Positions 1 through 11,399 of a stretch of DNA of 64,000 bases are shown piece by piece. Origin of the DNA: Epithemia pelagica (taxonomy: Eukaryota > Protista > Bacillariophyta); assembly GCA_946965045.2 (NCBI GenBank), contig OX337230.1:3348001-3412000 (forward strand). The letters run 5' to 3'. The position numbers and the translations under genes are program-made. Every line of letters begins with the position of its first letter. The first letter of the stretch is position 1. The notes beneath the pieces were generated by a model. That model had not been told where the DNA came from, ran no database searches, and worked only from the letters and a program-made list of their open reading frames with translations.

Positions 1-447
1 AAAACGACCAGAATAAAGGAAGCTGTCATGGTGAAATACGGTTGGATGGTTGGTTTCGGAGAAGAGGATTTTGAAAACACTGCAATGGTATCTTCACGAT
101 CAAAAATGTGAATGGGGGTTCTGACGCTATTCTCTCTGTCTCGCTCTTGCGCCTGATTTCTATCCTGTCTTGGTGTTGTGTCTGTTGATTGGGCTTTTCA
201 ATCAACTTTGGATGGTCTATTGTAGTGTCATCAATGGACTGAACGACCTCTTTCACTTCAAAAAGTGTTCGCTTCCGAGATCTTTTTTGGAGCCGGAAGT
301 CGGTTCCGAGTTCCGAGACCCTCGGACGACGGACGGACACGCCATCAGCCAGATTCCGCGACCTGGAAGTCACGCGTCACGGGTCACGCGTGGTCACCGG
401 TCACGGACGCCCATCGACATCCGACCGACATTCCATCAGGTTCGACC

Positions 448-1557
448 ATGAGCAAATCGTTGTCATTCTCGAAACGCGTCACCCGCTCTTCTTCTTCGTC
501 GTCGTCGTGCGCTTCTTCTGTGTCTCTGTCATCGTCCCCATTTTGCTACATTTTTGGATATGGTTCCCTCTTGTGTTGGGAATCGCGTTGTTACACATGT
601 CCCGAATGGCAGACCAATCGGAATTGGATTCCAGTGGCCATTCAAGGGGTGGAACGATGTTGGAACAAGCGAGCTTCTGCATTGAACATGACGGCTGTGG
701 GTGTCCAATTTCGATCGAGGGCGACTTGTACCGGATTGTTGCTTCCTCTGACCCAAAAAATCTCCTTGCAAGCCTTGGATGAACGGGAACAGGGATATCG
801 ACGAGTACGTTTGGATCCACAGATCAATGCCATGTCTTTGATTCCTTGTTTGGAAGAACCAACCGAAACAATGACAGACCACGAAATCAGTCATGATGAA
901 GACGATAGGACAGGCAAGGAATCAAAGGCTCCTCCATCACCCTACGAACACTGGAAAGAACAACTGGACCAACTGGTGAGGAGGGCGGCAACCGATTCGT
1001 CTCGTGGTGGTGGTGATGGTGGTGATTGTGATATTTGGGTCTATGTCCCTGAACTCTCCAATCCACCCACACAGCGATATCCCATTTTTCAATCCTACGT
1101 GGACACGATTGCTCGTGGATGCTATCAAATTGGTGCGGCGAGCCGTCGAAACACGATCAGCCCTTCTTTGATTCAGCAAGGACCCGGACAAGCCTTGTGT
1201 CGCACTGTGATGCAAACGACGTGGGGCTGGCACCCCGAACAATGGCCTGCATCAGCCTATTCTTCATCCTCTTCGAGAACTGGCTCTAGTCGAACCACCA
1301 AGAAGAACCATCCCAAAAAACAAAAGACTCTTGGCACCAAGGACAAGCGTATCGTGGAACCGGACAATGTGCCGGTAGCGGTATGGATCAATGACCGATC
1401 CAATCCTCGGTATCCAAGGGGACCTCCAGAGGACAAGACAATGCCTACAACCGATGAAATTGATGAGGTACTGGCTCAAGCCCTTCCAGATTACTTTTTG
1501 TTGCGTCAAACTGCGCCATCACCATCTAGAATAGAAGACAATGAAGATGATTACTAG
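448..1557 (+). CDS. Gamma-glutamylcyclotransferase (GGCT/ChaC/AIG2-fold)-like protein
   Basis: ORF 265..1557; likely start is the ATG at 448 (MSKSLSF). Contains 'YIFGYGSLL' (the GYGSL signature of the GGCT-like fold), followed by 'LDEREQGYRRVRL' and 'IWVYVP...YPIFQSYVD'. Confidence 0.7.
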   Translation: MSKSLSFSKRVTRSSSSSSSCASSVSLSSSPFCYIFGYGSLLCWESRCYTCPEWQTNRNWIPVAIQGVERCWNKRASALNMTAVGVQFRSRATCTGLLLPLTQKISLQALDEREQGYRRVRLDPQINAMSLIPCLEEPTETMTDHEISHDEDDRTGKESKAPPSPYEHWKEQLDQLVRRAATDSSRGGGDGGDCDIWVYVPELSNPPTQRYPIFQSYVDTIARGCYQIGAASRRNTISPSLIQQGPGQALCRTVMQTTWGWHPEQWPASAYSSSSSRTGSSRTTKKNHPKKQKTLGTKDKRIVEPDNVPVAVWINDRSNPRYPRGPPEDKTMPTTDEIDEVLAQALPDYFLLRQTAPSPSRIEDNEDDY

Positions 1558-1906
1558 CAACAACACAGCATAATCTATTCAATCGTTCCTAACAAAGTGC
1601 TTTTGTTTTCTGCAAAGCACAGCCAAACTGAAATAGTGCGAAGCTGTATGGCCAAATCCTTTAAAGGTGCGATTCAAAAAACTGAGATACTAGGAAGAAT
1701 ATGCAAAAGTACAAGGAAATTAAAACCTGATCAAAGAGGAACCAACACTTTTGGACGATGTGGGTCCCTCGTTATCATGAAGCGTAGCTTGGAAGTCAAA
1801 ACATTCGACAACCATTCACACACAAAACAATTTGTACAAACGACAGATTGACACAAAGCACTCGTCTCGAGATGTTGTTGGATCTGGGCGCGGTGTCTGG
1901 TTTTCC

Positions 1907-3952
1907 TTATTGAAAGGCATTGTCGCTGCTTCCATAAGAGGTCCAATCGACACCGTCATCACTGTCGTCCTTTTCCGTTGTGAGTGTGGAAGAGGGCAAT
2001 GACAAATCGGACAACGAAATGGACGATGGATCCTCTTCCTCCTCATCTTCGTCGTCTTCCTCCTCTTCTTCTTCTTCTTCGTCGTCCTGGGTTTGCAAAT
2101 CTTGCATCATTTCCCTCATCAAGAAGCGTCCCACAGGTTCGGCTCCGATTCCGGTTCCAAACAAGACGGAACCTTCCACTTCCAAAATCGATCGAGTGTT
2201 GTTACTTTGGTTGCTGTTGCTTTCGGCATTGCTGCTTCCCGTATTATCGTTGGAGGTTTCTCCGACGACGACATCTTCGTAGGACGATGCTTCTGGGAGC
2301 ACTGTGACATTGACCCGTCGAATACTTCCCCAATAAGTTTTGGCATCTTCATGTGTCAAGGTACGACCTTCACTGTAAACACTTCCCGAAACACTCCGGC
2401 CGAAACCAAAACGCATAATTTGCATCCACAATGCCACCGTCGGTGGCTGCGTGGATTGCGATGATGACTGAGAGGCAAATCGACCATTGTAGGTATCACG
2501 GACAAAGGTATCAAATTTGCCTCGTAAAATCACATCTCCCGTTCCCCAGATTGTGGCAAAGGTATTGTTGGGGAAAAACCGTACTTGCATGACCCGAATG
2601 GGAGCCGATTCCGCATGAGGATTGACGGCATTTGGTTCTTGTCCTTTTTTGGGTTTGTTCCACATTTCTTGAGTGTGTTGTTGAAAGGGTCGATGACGAG
2701 GTTTGTTGGGTTGTCGCAATGGATGGGAGGACAGTAAAAAGGTTTTGTTGTAGAAATCGCATCGTTCAAAGGGTGGTTTGCCCGTCCATTCGGATGCCGA
2801 GGTTTGGGAACTCGACGATTTTTCGTCGTCGCGGGCGCTGCCCAAGACTTGTTTGAGTTGAAAGCGTCGATGTGCTGTAGTGGGATTGTAAATGGGTTGT
2901 TCAAAGAAATGAGGATGATTTTTCGGATAAAAGAACTTGCCCATTTTCAACGATCCCTTGGGAACTGACAGGGATCGGGCTGACGACGCTGGAGTCGCAT
3001 CCTTATTGGGAGACGATGCTTCCTTGGATGGTTTCCCGGTCGATTGTTGCGACACTGGTTTGGTGGTGGTGGTGGAGGATGCTACCACACGTCCGACAAT
3101 GAGCTTGTCGAGACCACCACGATCACCACTGGATGAATTTTCCTCGTCGCCGTCATCGTCTTTGTTGGTTTGGGAAGAGGATGGTACATGACCATCACTG
3201 GCTTGTTGGAGTTGCAAATCTTTGGGATCGGGACGATCGGCCGCCAAAATCAATTTGCCATCGACATAATCCCAAACACCCTTGGCCAATTGATTGGACA
3301 AGACCGATAAATACGTCGCTTCGTCATCCGCGTCATTGCTGTCCACATGGGCTTGCAACGAGTTTTTGGAATTTGCACCTGTGGTTGTGGTTGGTTGCTC
3401 GTGTTCCGTTTGCTGTCGTTTCTGGAATTTGGACCATTGATCATTGACATCGACCAACGGTTTTCCTTTCTTTGAGGACATGGATGGCTCATCATCCTCG
3501 TCGTCGTCATCATCTTCTTCTACATCGGTGGTGAGAGAATCCATGTATTGTTGAAAGGATCCATCTTCATTCAAAATGAGCAAGAGTTCTTGCGAATGTT
3601 GTGCCTTGTTCCATGCCATGGTGGCACCTCTTGTTCCACTGTTCTTACTGCTGCTGGTTCGAGGATTGTTCTTGCTGCTGGTAGTGGTAGTAGTGGTTGT
3701 GAGGGAGGAGGGATGAACGGTAAATTCCTTGAGTGGATACAAGGGATGCGGTGTCAATCGCCACAATCCAGCAATGGCTTGTCGTGTGACGGGAGGTTGA
3801 TGTGGCGATGACGAGGACCCCTTATTATGGTTGGAAGATGACGAAGAAGAAAAGGCATGACTGCCATTTATCCAAAGAGCTACCACCAATAACCATAGAA
3901 GAATGGTAGAGGAGAGGTTGCCTCGCACTGTGCCACTGGTCGAACGAGGCAT
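1907..3952 (-). CDS. Hypothetical protein with N-terminal signal peptide/anchor and acidic low-complexity tracts
   Basis: 716-aa ORF (1907..4057); probable ATG at 3952 (MPRST...LLWLLVVALWINGSHA-F). Has poly-S, poly-T and poly-D/E tracts. No family recognised. Confidence 0.65.
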   Translation of the reverse strand: MPRSTSGTVRGNLSSTILLWLLVVALWINGSHAFSSSSSSNHNKGSSSSPHQPPVTRQAIAGLWRLTPHPLYPLKEFTVHPSSLTTTTTTTSSKNNPRTSSSKNSGTRGATMAWNKAQHSQELLLILNEDGSFQQYMDSLTTDVEEDDDDDEDDEPSMSSKKGKPLVDVNDQWSKFQKRQQTEHEQPTTTTGANSKNSLQAHVDSNDADDEATYLSVLSNQLAKGVWDYVDGKLILAADRPDPKDLQLQQASDGHVPSSSQTNKDDDGDEENSSSGDRGGLDKLIVGRVVASSTTTTKPVSQQSTGKPSKEASSPNKDATPASSARSLSVPKGSLKMGKFFYPKNHPHFFEQPIYNPTTAHRRFQLKQVLGSARDDEKSSSSQTSASEWTGKPPFERCDFYNKTFLLSSHPLRQPNKPRHRPFQQHTQEMWNKPKKGQEPNAVNPHAESAPIRVMQVRFFPNNTFATIWGTGDVILRGKFDTFVRDTYNGRFASQSSSQSTQPPTVALWMQIMRFGFGRSVSGSVYSEGRTLTHEDAKTYWGSIRRVNVTVLPEASSYEDVVVGETSNDNTGSSNAESNSNQSNNTRSILEVEGSVLFGTGIGAEPVGRFLMREMMQDLQTQDDEEEEEEEEDDEDEEEEDPSSISLSDLSLPSSTLTTEKDDSDDGVDWTSYGSSDNAFQ

Positions 3953-4226
3953 GATGGTCCTTCTCTTGAGAATTTCTAAAGCCTTTGTGAGAAACTTCGA
4001 TACTGCAATAGCAACTGAATTTGCTGAAGAGCAACGACTGCAGTAATCACAAAACACTGTTGAGAGAGATCAATCACCACACACAATGGCAAATGCGAAC
4101 CAGAAAACACACGCAAACATCAGACAAACATGGTCTTTTGGTTGCGTCTGCTTTGAAACCAATTGTGACACATGCACCAACCGCCTTTCATTGCATTCCT
4201 ACCCACAAAGAATCATTCCAGAGGCG

Positions 4227-4267
4227 CACACACACACACACGCGCAGAAAACACACACACACACACA
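4227..4267. repeat. (CA)n microsatellite, two tracts
   Basis: cacacacacacacac and acacacacacacacaca seen directly. Confidence 0.9.
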
Positions 4268-6299
4268 GTAGTGACATTTGTCGACGCGTGAAGTACCCTC
4301 CAGCTCCCGTTTGTTCTTCACACTCGACATTCAAGTGTCACACTTGGTTTTGTTTGTTGTTTTTTCATGGTCTCACCTAATGGAATCAATGAATCTCTTG
4401 GTTGGTTAGTCGTCGTGAAATGGTTCGACAATCCGCTTTTTTGGCTTGGGGTGACAAAATGCGAATAATGCTCCTCAATTCGTCGTCTGCTCTAAAGACG
4501 GCGTCTTGCACTCGTGAAAAGTTGTTCTTCTGTTACGAACTCGGTTGCCCGCTGTCGCCCTTGAAACCGACAGAGACTCGTTTGTACAGGCGTTAAGCTT
4601 GCTGGTAATGGATAGAAGAAGGACCTTCCTTGTCTGTGTGTTCTTGAGTTTCGTCGCACTCTATTTGTAGATGGAGTATCTTGATTCGTGAGAGTCACGC
4701 ACTCTGGACGACGACGACAATGATGGATCAACACAATGCCGAAATTCCCAAAAGACTGATACGATGTACCTTATTGTATACGCGAGAGATTTGCTCTGCC
4801 CAAAGCAACAAAGGCCAATGACACGAAACTTTCAAACCCAAAGTCTTCTTCTGCCAACCCAACAGAAGCGGCAGCAAGTCTTCTACGGTGCAATCTACAG
4901 AGTTCCCACTCGTAGGACATGCCAATGGATCGAATGTTGACAGATTTCGGCGTCCAAATTCTCCAACGACGATCGACGGCTGGACGGGGCACTGGATGTG
5001 CGACTGAGAATTCTTAGTCCGGATTCTCAGAATCCAGAACTTTTTCCATCATGTTCTGTTTTCTGTTCCGAGTTCCGAGACCGAACGCTCCAACCGGAAA
5101 CCATCGACGTACCCACCCTTCTGATGGCTGATACACCCGCTTGATGTTCTTCGCGACAACTCGACATCAATGATTGATGTCGTGTGGATTCGCTCGTCGA
5201 TCCGTGATGTTCACTGTAGCGCTAAACTGTAAGACTATAATACGTTTGTGTACTGTTCGGGTCTGGCTCGCGCCACAGGAAATCAGAACCCTCGAAGTGT
5301 TGCACATCTGTTGTTCGGTGAGGGCAAATCCGACGTGTCTGTGAAGAAGCAGATTAATCAAAGGAAGAACGGCCGCGTGGGGACGCGTGTCCTACACCCA
5401 TGAGCGCCATCTGCTTCTGTTCATATAAAGATCTGAACTCGAGTGTCTTTGCGAACGACGGGGAGAGCGGCCATTGGATCTCGGTTTCCGGTTTCGATTA
5501 AGCCCAAGAGCGTTCTCAAAAGATCCGAAGCGGTTCGGGATCTTGGATTCGATTCGATTCTGGATCGATCTCAAGACGGCTGGTGATGGCGGCTGTCGAG
5601 GGGAGCGAAGGCCTGCTTCTCAAAACCATTGATGGCCTTGATTCAGAGGTGATTTGATGGGTGCCTTCGCACATCCTTGTCATGGACTGGGCCATTCTCA
5701 CTACGAATTTCTTCGTGTTTGCTCCAAATGGTTTCTCTGGAGAGTAGGAATAGAGAGAGCGAATCTTCTCGCAAGAGGTGATTGCATCCATTGACAGATG
5801 ATGGAGGATGATGGCACGAGTGAAGATATGACATCTGCCAGAACAAGGAACCACACAACTCAATACCCGGAACACACTTCTTTGTCTTCTCTCTCTCTTC
5901 TTTGCGTATCATGTAGGTAGATCCCTGTAGGCGAAAAAATGAATCTTGCCATAATCAACTTGACGCTCGACATCTCGCTCACTCCAAATCTCTCTCCAGT
6001 TGATTGGTCTCATAAAACAAGTTTCCAACCGTTTGCGAAACACTTCCAAACACACACTCACTACCAGTAACCTTCCTTTGGTGTCATCGTCCTTCCTATC
6101 CAGTGGAAACGAACCGACCCTTACGAACCGCTTCGGATAACCAAAATCATCTTCACTTTTTGAGTATCGCCCTCTCTCTCTCTTTCTCATCAAGCTCTTA
6201 CGTCGTCCCCAAGTGTCAAGCATTGGATTCCTCGCTTCCGTCTCTTCAAGAACCACACCCAAGTTTTTCGACCACCTACTACGATCATTTTTTTTGAAC

Positions 6300-6674
6300 A
6301 TGTTGGCCATTTGGAGTTCCACCTGCAGTCCTACCGCCACGACGACATCTTCGTCCAGCACCACCACCACTACGACCACCGACATGGCTCGATCCTTTCT
6401 TCGACGCCATACGACATCCGTCGCCACACCCCCGGCTGCCATGCCAACGACCTTGTTGGATCAACAAGAGACCAAGTGCTTGGCATCGCAACATTCCGAA
6501 AGTACATGGGAACCCTATGGCTTTGAGAAAAAAGATGTAAGTATCTCGGAACGTTTCGAAAAAGTCCCAATGTCATTCCCCCTGTTGAGAAGAACCATGA
6601 GTCTCACATATGCGCTTTTTTATTTTTTGTTGACAAAACAGTGTGGTTGGGGTGCCTGGTACCTTGTCCCCTAA
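6300..6674 (+). CDS. Small two-exon hypothetical protein (exons 6300-6536, 6642-6674)
   Basis: ATG at 6300, donor GAT|gtaagt at 6537 and acceptor aaaacag| at 6641 (105-nt intron). The spliced product ends ...WEPYGFEKKDCGWGAWYLVP*. Confidence 0.45.
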   Translation: MLAIWSSTCSPTATTTSSSSTTTTTTTDMARSFLRRHTTSVATPPAAMPTTLLDQQETKCLASQHSESTWEPYGFEKKDVSISERFEKVPMSFPLLRRTMSLTYALFYFLLTKQCGWGAWYLVP

Positions 6675-7783
6675 GAGCTCAAGACTCTTTTTTTTCTGCC
6701 ACTTTTCCTCATGATACATCACAGCACACGCACCTACGAAACCACAAAAACTATACATCATTTTCTCTAAATACCACACCACGAATAGACCACACTCCAT
6801 CCTTGGATTGCAGCCCGCTACTGCAACCAGCAACAACAACAAGATCTTGGAACGAAGGACCCGGAATCCAAACTACAAGCCAATCTCGACGGTCCTTGTT
6901 TCTTTTTTATTTGACCTACCACAAGTGACGTTCCCTTTGTCGACATGACCACTCTCAACAAGGGACTCTACGAAAGAAGTTTGTATGATCAACAGCATGG
7001 GTTCGAATCCCTGTCGCTTGAAACCAAAAACGAAACCAAACCAAAAAAAAAACACCAGAACCACAAGAACGACGGAACCTCCATATCCAATTATGTACTC
7101 CTGGCCCACCTTGTCGTCGTCAAGACGTGTGGAACCTCCCATTCTTAGTTAGCAATACAACTTGGTAAAACTCTAAATACCTACTTGTTCCGTCAATTGG
7201 TCCTTGTCAAAAAACCTATCAAAGATTTCTGCCGGATTGAACTTGCAGTTCCCATGAACAAATCTTTTTCTTTCTCTCTCTTCATACAAGAGCTGCCAAT
7301 GCAAACAAGAGGTTCTCATACCACCAGCATGTCATACCAAAATCAATCCAACAGAAACGTGTTTTCCGAACACTGGCAGCTGTCGCGAGCACTCCGCGTG
7401 TCGTTGTGGTGTTGGGAGTCCAACAACGAACGTCAAACAAGCCATTGTGTTCCTACAATCAATACAAACAACAGCCTGGATCGGTCATGCTTGTGAATCA
7501 TGCATGCCGATCCAGTCCCTGCTACTAAAATCATAAAGTGCCAACAACAAGAAGGGACATTTCTGGAATGAGAATCGGCACACGACGAGGTTGTCAAGGA
7601 TGTGAACTAGATAGAAAGAGAGAAGGGATCGTTTGTTCATGTTGTTTTTTCGTTTATCATCCTTTGGGTGTCGTCTGGAGGTACTGTTCATTGTGCGAGT
7701 TTCACTCCCTGTGTTCGTGTCCTTGGTTTGAATCTGCTGTTTTGTATAGCGGTAGCTTGATGACTCTTGTTGTCCATGCCTTG

Positions 7784-8437
7784 TTACCCATCGTCGTCGT
7801 CATTGTCGCCACACGCCGCCAAATTGTCGGCTTGGTTGACGACCTGCAACACTACATTCGGAAGCATTTGTAACCCAGTTGCAGCGGTAGCATTGAAGCA
7901 CTGATCCACAACCATTGGTGTTGCCGCCATGGCAACCATGCGTCGCATTGGATTCAATGTCGTTGTAGTGGTGGTGGTCGTGAGAGAACGGCATGTTGTT
8001 GTTGCATACGGGGAGGACACAGACTGTGGTCGGCCCAGCACGGATGAGGAGGAGCGGGTCACCATTGCGGAAGGGGAAGACCCTCCGGTAGAAGTTGTAG
8101 TAGAAACATGGGAAATGGTTCGGTTCAAGACAGCGTGGTTGTTGTTGTTGCTGTGGCCATGAGGAGTCGTCGTCGTGATCCTCCAACGAGGAGCAGCAGC
8201 AGCGGGATGGTTGGAACCAAGCTGGGGAGGTGGTTGTTGTGCAGCTCGACTTTGTGAAATCATCCTGGAGGGACTTGTCGTCGTCGTCAAACTCACGTGG
8301 TGGCTGATGCTTGGATCGAAGGAATGTCCCCGTCGGGCTCCTCTGGTCGTAGTATTAGTGGCGTGTTGGGAGGACGACTCTCTTCGAAGCACCGTTTCAA
8401 AGAGCCTTCGTCGTTGACCTGCCATGGACCGCAACAT
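7784..8437 (-). CDS. 'DG-tail' array member A (217 aa)
   Basis: Arg/Ser-rich N-terminus (MLRSMAGQRRRLFETVLRR), S/T-rich body, ends ACGDNDDDDG*. Confidence 0.65.
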   Translation of the reverse strand: MLRSMAGQRRRLFETVLRRESSSQHATNTTTRGARRGHSFDPSISHHVSLTTTTSPSRMISQSRAAQQPPPQLGSNHPAAAAPRWRITTTTPHGHSNNNNHAVLNRTISHVSTTTSTGGSSPSAMVTRSSSSVLGRPQSVSSPYATTTCRSLTTTTTTTTLNPMRRMVAMAATPMVVDQCFNATAATGLQMLPNVVLQVVNQADNLAACGDNDDDDG

Positions 8438-8630
8438 TCTGAATCGAAAAAATATTCACACAAGTCTTTTTTTACTTGAGAGAGGATGAATGAAAACAAA
8501 CAATCGATGATCCAATCTTTCGCGTTGGCTGGATCAATTGCTCATGGGCGAGAGGGAAAAGATATTCTGTGTGAAGAAAGATCTTCCGCAACCAGACTGG
8601 TCAGATCCCTAAAAAGTGTGGAAGTCAGAA

Positions 8631-8749
8631 GGAACGACCATACCACGATGACAGCACCGCTTCCCGTCTGCTCAGCGAAGTTAAGCATCGTCGGGCCCGG
8701 TTAGTACTACGGTGGGGGACCACGTTGGAATCCCGGGTGTTGTTCTTTT
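8631..8749 (+). rRNA. 5S: 5S rRNA gene
   Basis: About 119 nt. Helix I ends GGAACGAC/GTTGTTCT. Conserved eukaryotic 5S segments CCATACC, GAAGTTAAGC (box A), GGGCCCGGTTAGTACT, GGTGGGGGACC (box C) and GGAATCCCGGGTGTTG. TTTT Pol III terminator at the 3' end. Confidence 0.93.
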
Positions 8750-8884
8750 GCAGTTTTCAATAATCTCATTGTCCCAGTCATCGGTACTTTACTCCATAAC
8801 AGATCGAAATATTATGATATCCCTTACGATTACAACCTTCTATGCGAATAGATAATACATGGACTGAGATGTTGCCTCTATGTA

Positions 8885-9100
8885 CTACCCAAAGTCGTCA
8901 CCATTGCAATCGTACGAAAACAACGAAACAAACACAGGAATTTTACAACTAATGACATAACTGCCACTAACAATGTCGAACCTGGTGGTGTCAAGAATCT
9001 TAGCAATCCAAGAGTCGTTACAGTATTTGTTCAGATACTCCAAAATGAATTTTATTCCATTCTTGGCGAGACGGTAGCAATGTCCACATGGTCCACGACG
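8885..9100 (-). pseudogene. Possible degenerate DG-tail array member B
   Basis: ORF 8885..9292 ends YDCNGDDFG*, with the same strand and position pattern as the array. The body is not convincingly similar. Confidence 0.25.
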
Positions 9101-9197
9101 TTTTGGCGTTGCGGCATTGCGTGGTCCATGTGACATATCATGATGATAGTACTGTCCCCCTGCATGTTTTTGGTCATGTCCAATCCAGCGAGAGTCG

Positions 9198-9563
9198 TTA
9201 AACTCCGTCATCGTCTTCGCCGCCTTCTCCCAGATCCAACATGGTTCCACCATGCGTCCATTCCAACAAGGACGGGCAAGAAGATGAACCAAGCTGACTT
9301 GGGGGTGGTGTCATGGTATTGTACAAAGACGGAACTGGACTTTCGTTTTGGACCAACCCCATCCTTGAACCAGTATTCATTGCGAGCGGAGGTTGGACCT
9401 GGATTGGAATGGTCGTCCATGTAGAGCAAGTCCGAATACGAGAGGATCCTTGTTCTCCGACACTGGACGCGACGGGTCGAACCCGCGATTTGTTGTTGCT
9501 GTTGCATCGCCTCAGAACTGAGCGAGCCGCATTGTGGATGGGAAGATTCTGATAGAGTTGCAT
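9198..9563 (-). CDS. 'DG-tail' array member C (121 aa)
   Basis: First in-frame ATG at 9563 (MQLYQNLPIHNAARSVLRR); ends MLDLGEGGEDDDGV*. Confidence 0.65.
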   Translation of the reverse strand: MQLYQNLPIHNAARSVLRRCNSNNKSRVRPVASSVGEQGSSRIRTCSTWTTIPIQVQPPLAMNTGSRMGLVQNESPVPSLYNTMTPPPSQLGSSSCPSLLEWTHGGTMLDLGEGGEDDDGV

Positions 9564-10088
9564 TCTGGAGAAGAAAGGTAAGGAGATGTTCTTTGAAAGG
9601 GGCGGTGGTGTGTGTATCTTGTTGAAAATGTGCGGACGAAGCAAAACCTTTTTTGTGCGTCCCTAACGCGACCAAAACAAGGAAAAGTACCATCACGCAA
9701 TGAGGAAGGCACCATTCAATGAAGCTCCTATGTACGAAACTGAAAAGGACCATTCGTCCCTTGTCCTATACCGCAGAGAGATTCCTCGGAGGCCTTCCGA
9801 ACAAGGCAAAGAAGAGAGGAATTGAGCCTTGAAAGAGCTTCTGCGTCTCTGGAGATTCTCTGGTGCCCCTCATTTTTGTCCGACCAACGAAACGCTTCCC
9901 TATGAATCTTTGCTTTCAGATTCTGGTGAACGAGAAGAAACATCAATTCAATCGCTCCGTAACAAACGAGCCAGAAAAGCATGAGCGCTGACGAGTCACA
10001 GTCGAAGAAAAGAGTCCATCTGACCACGGCAATCATCATTCATTAAGCAGAAATGGTTTCTAGCAATCTTCTTCTTTGATTCTCTGAC

Positions 10089-10547
10089 TCATACCCCGTC
10101 ATCATCCTCACCCTCGCTTTCTTCTTCGGCGGGTAGTCTAGCACTGCTTTTATGCTGGAGATGCGATGTACTTGTCGTCACAGAAATGCTGCTCGGAGCC
10201 GTGGCCCTCGGGTCGTAAGGACCGACAGTTGTTGAGTTGGATTGAAATTGATCCGCAATGAAGGAATGTGGTGAACATCCAGCCAACGAAGATGAGCTCA
10301 GTCTTCTTGTGGTCGTGATGGAAGTGGTAGTTGGTGATCCGTTCCGTGCAGTTCGAGTCTTGCCAGTGAAAGACGACGAAAAGCCAGCCATAGTGGTATT
10401 GGTCATTGTCGACAATGTCGCATAATGATAGCTTCCAACTTCTTGTATAGATGACACAACGTTTCTTGTGCGTTGTGGTTTGTTCAACGACTGGCAAAGA
10501 GTAGCTGCCCAAAAGATACTGCGTCGAGAGTTTGCAGTGATGGACAT
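10089..10547 (-). CDS. 'DG-tail' array member D (152 aa)
   Basis: ATG at 10547 (MSITANSRRSIFWAAT); ends LPAEEESEGEDDDGV*. Confidence 0.65.
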   Translation of the reverse strand: MSITANSRRSIFWAATLCQSLNKPQRTRNVVSSIQEVGSYHYATLSTMTNTTMAGFSSSFTGKTRTARNGSPTTTSITTTRRLSSSSLAGCSPHSFIADQFQSNSTTVGPYDPRATAPSSISVTTSTSHLQHKSSARLPAEEESEGEDDDGV

Positions 10548-11399
10548 TGTATTATGGAAAAACACTGCACTTTGTCGAACCCAACCTCACAATCACTGTT
10601 CCTCTACGAAATCAGATTCCTTGAAGAGTGGATTCAATGCAAAACAAGCCAGATGCGAATGGTTGTAGGAGCACCCCGAGCTGTGATGGACGCGTTGCAG
10701 TTGCTGTTGTCCATTGGCGTGACATCAAACGCGTGGTGAGGAACGACGTCCAGCAACAGCGACTAGTGTGCGATTCCTGAAGTTCGATGAAGGTAGAGAC
10801 GCTAGCTGTTTGCATCATGTCATTCCTTTCCCCTCTCTCGTATGGGAGATGTTTCTGATACCTGTCAAGTCCACTAAGAACTAGAATATCCGACTAGGTA
10901 CAGCCCCGGAAAACCCTCCAACCTACTATGTGGTTATATCTGGGGATCTGAATTGTTGTCGGTTTGTGCATCTGTGTCTCACACTCTCGTCGAGTGGCAA
11001 TGTTGATAGTGTTTCCAAAAGAGCTGTCCGGACTGGATTGACCTCTGCAAAACAGAGTTCCATTCATAAACTTGTCAAGGACCATACCGTTCAAAGAAAA
11101 AAGTATTAATTAGCCTGGTGAGTTTTCAGGAGCGTTCAACACAAGTCGTTGCAACCCGACCGCGTGCGTAATCCATCAGGAAGGCAGGAGATCCATGAAA
11201 TGGGGGACAACAGTAGTACAAGGAGAAAGAGGTTAACTGTGAGTATACAAAATGGACCAACACCACAGACAAGAGTACGCGCTTTTGATCCCAAGGCACA
11301 TGTATCGAAACAGCTCCCAAAGGAGGACATTTTTTTATGCCGCTGATTGATATTGATTTGTCATGATTTTCCGTACCATGCATTGTGTGGCAGGCGAGG

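Noticed and set aside
4402-5000. Possible gene on the minus strand at 4.4-5.0 kb
   Set aside because: Only short ORFs in shifting frames; I could not build a consistent spliced model or recognise a domain.
6996-7013. tRNA T-loop-like GGGTTCGAATCCC
   Set aside because: The T-stem pairs at only 3 bp, and no D-arm, anticodon arm or acceptor stem is present upstream.
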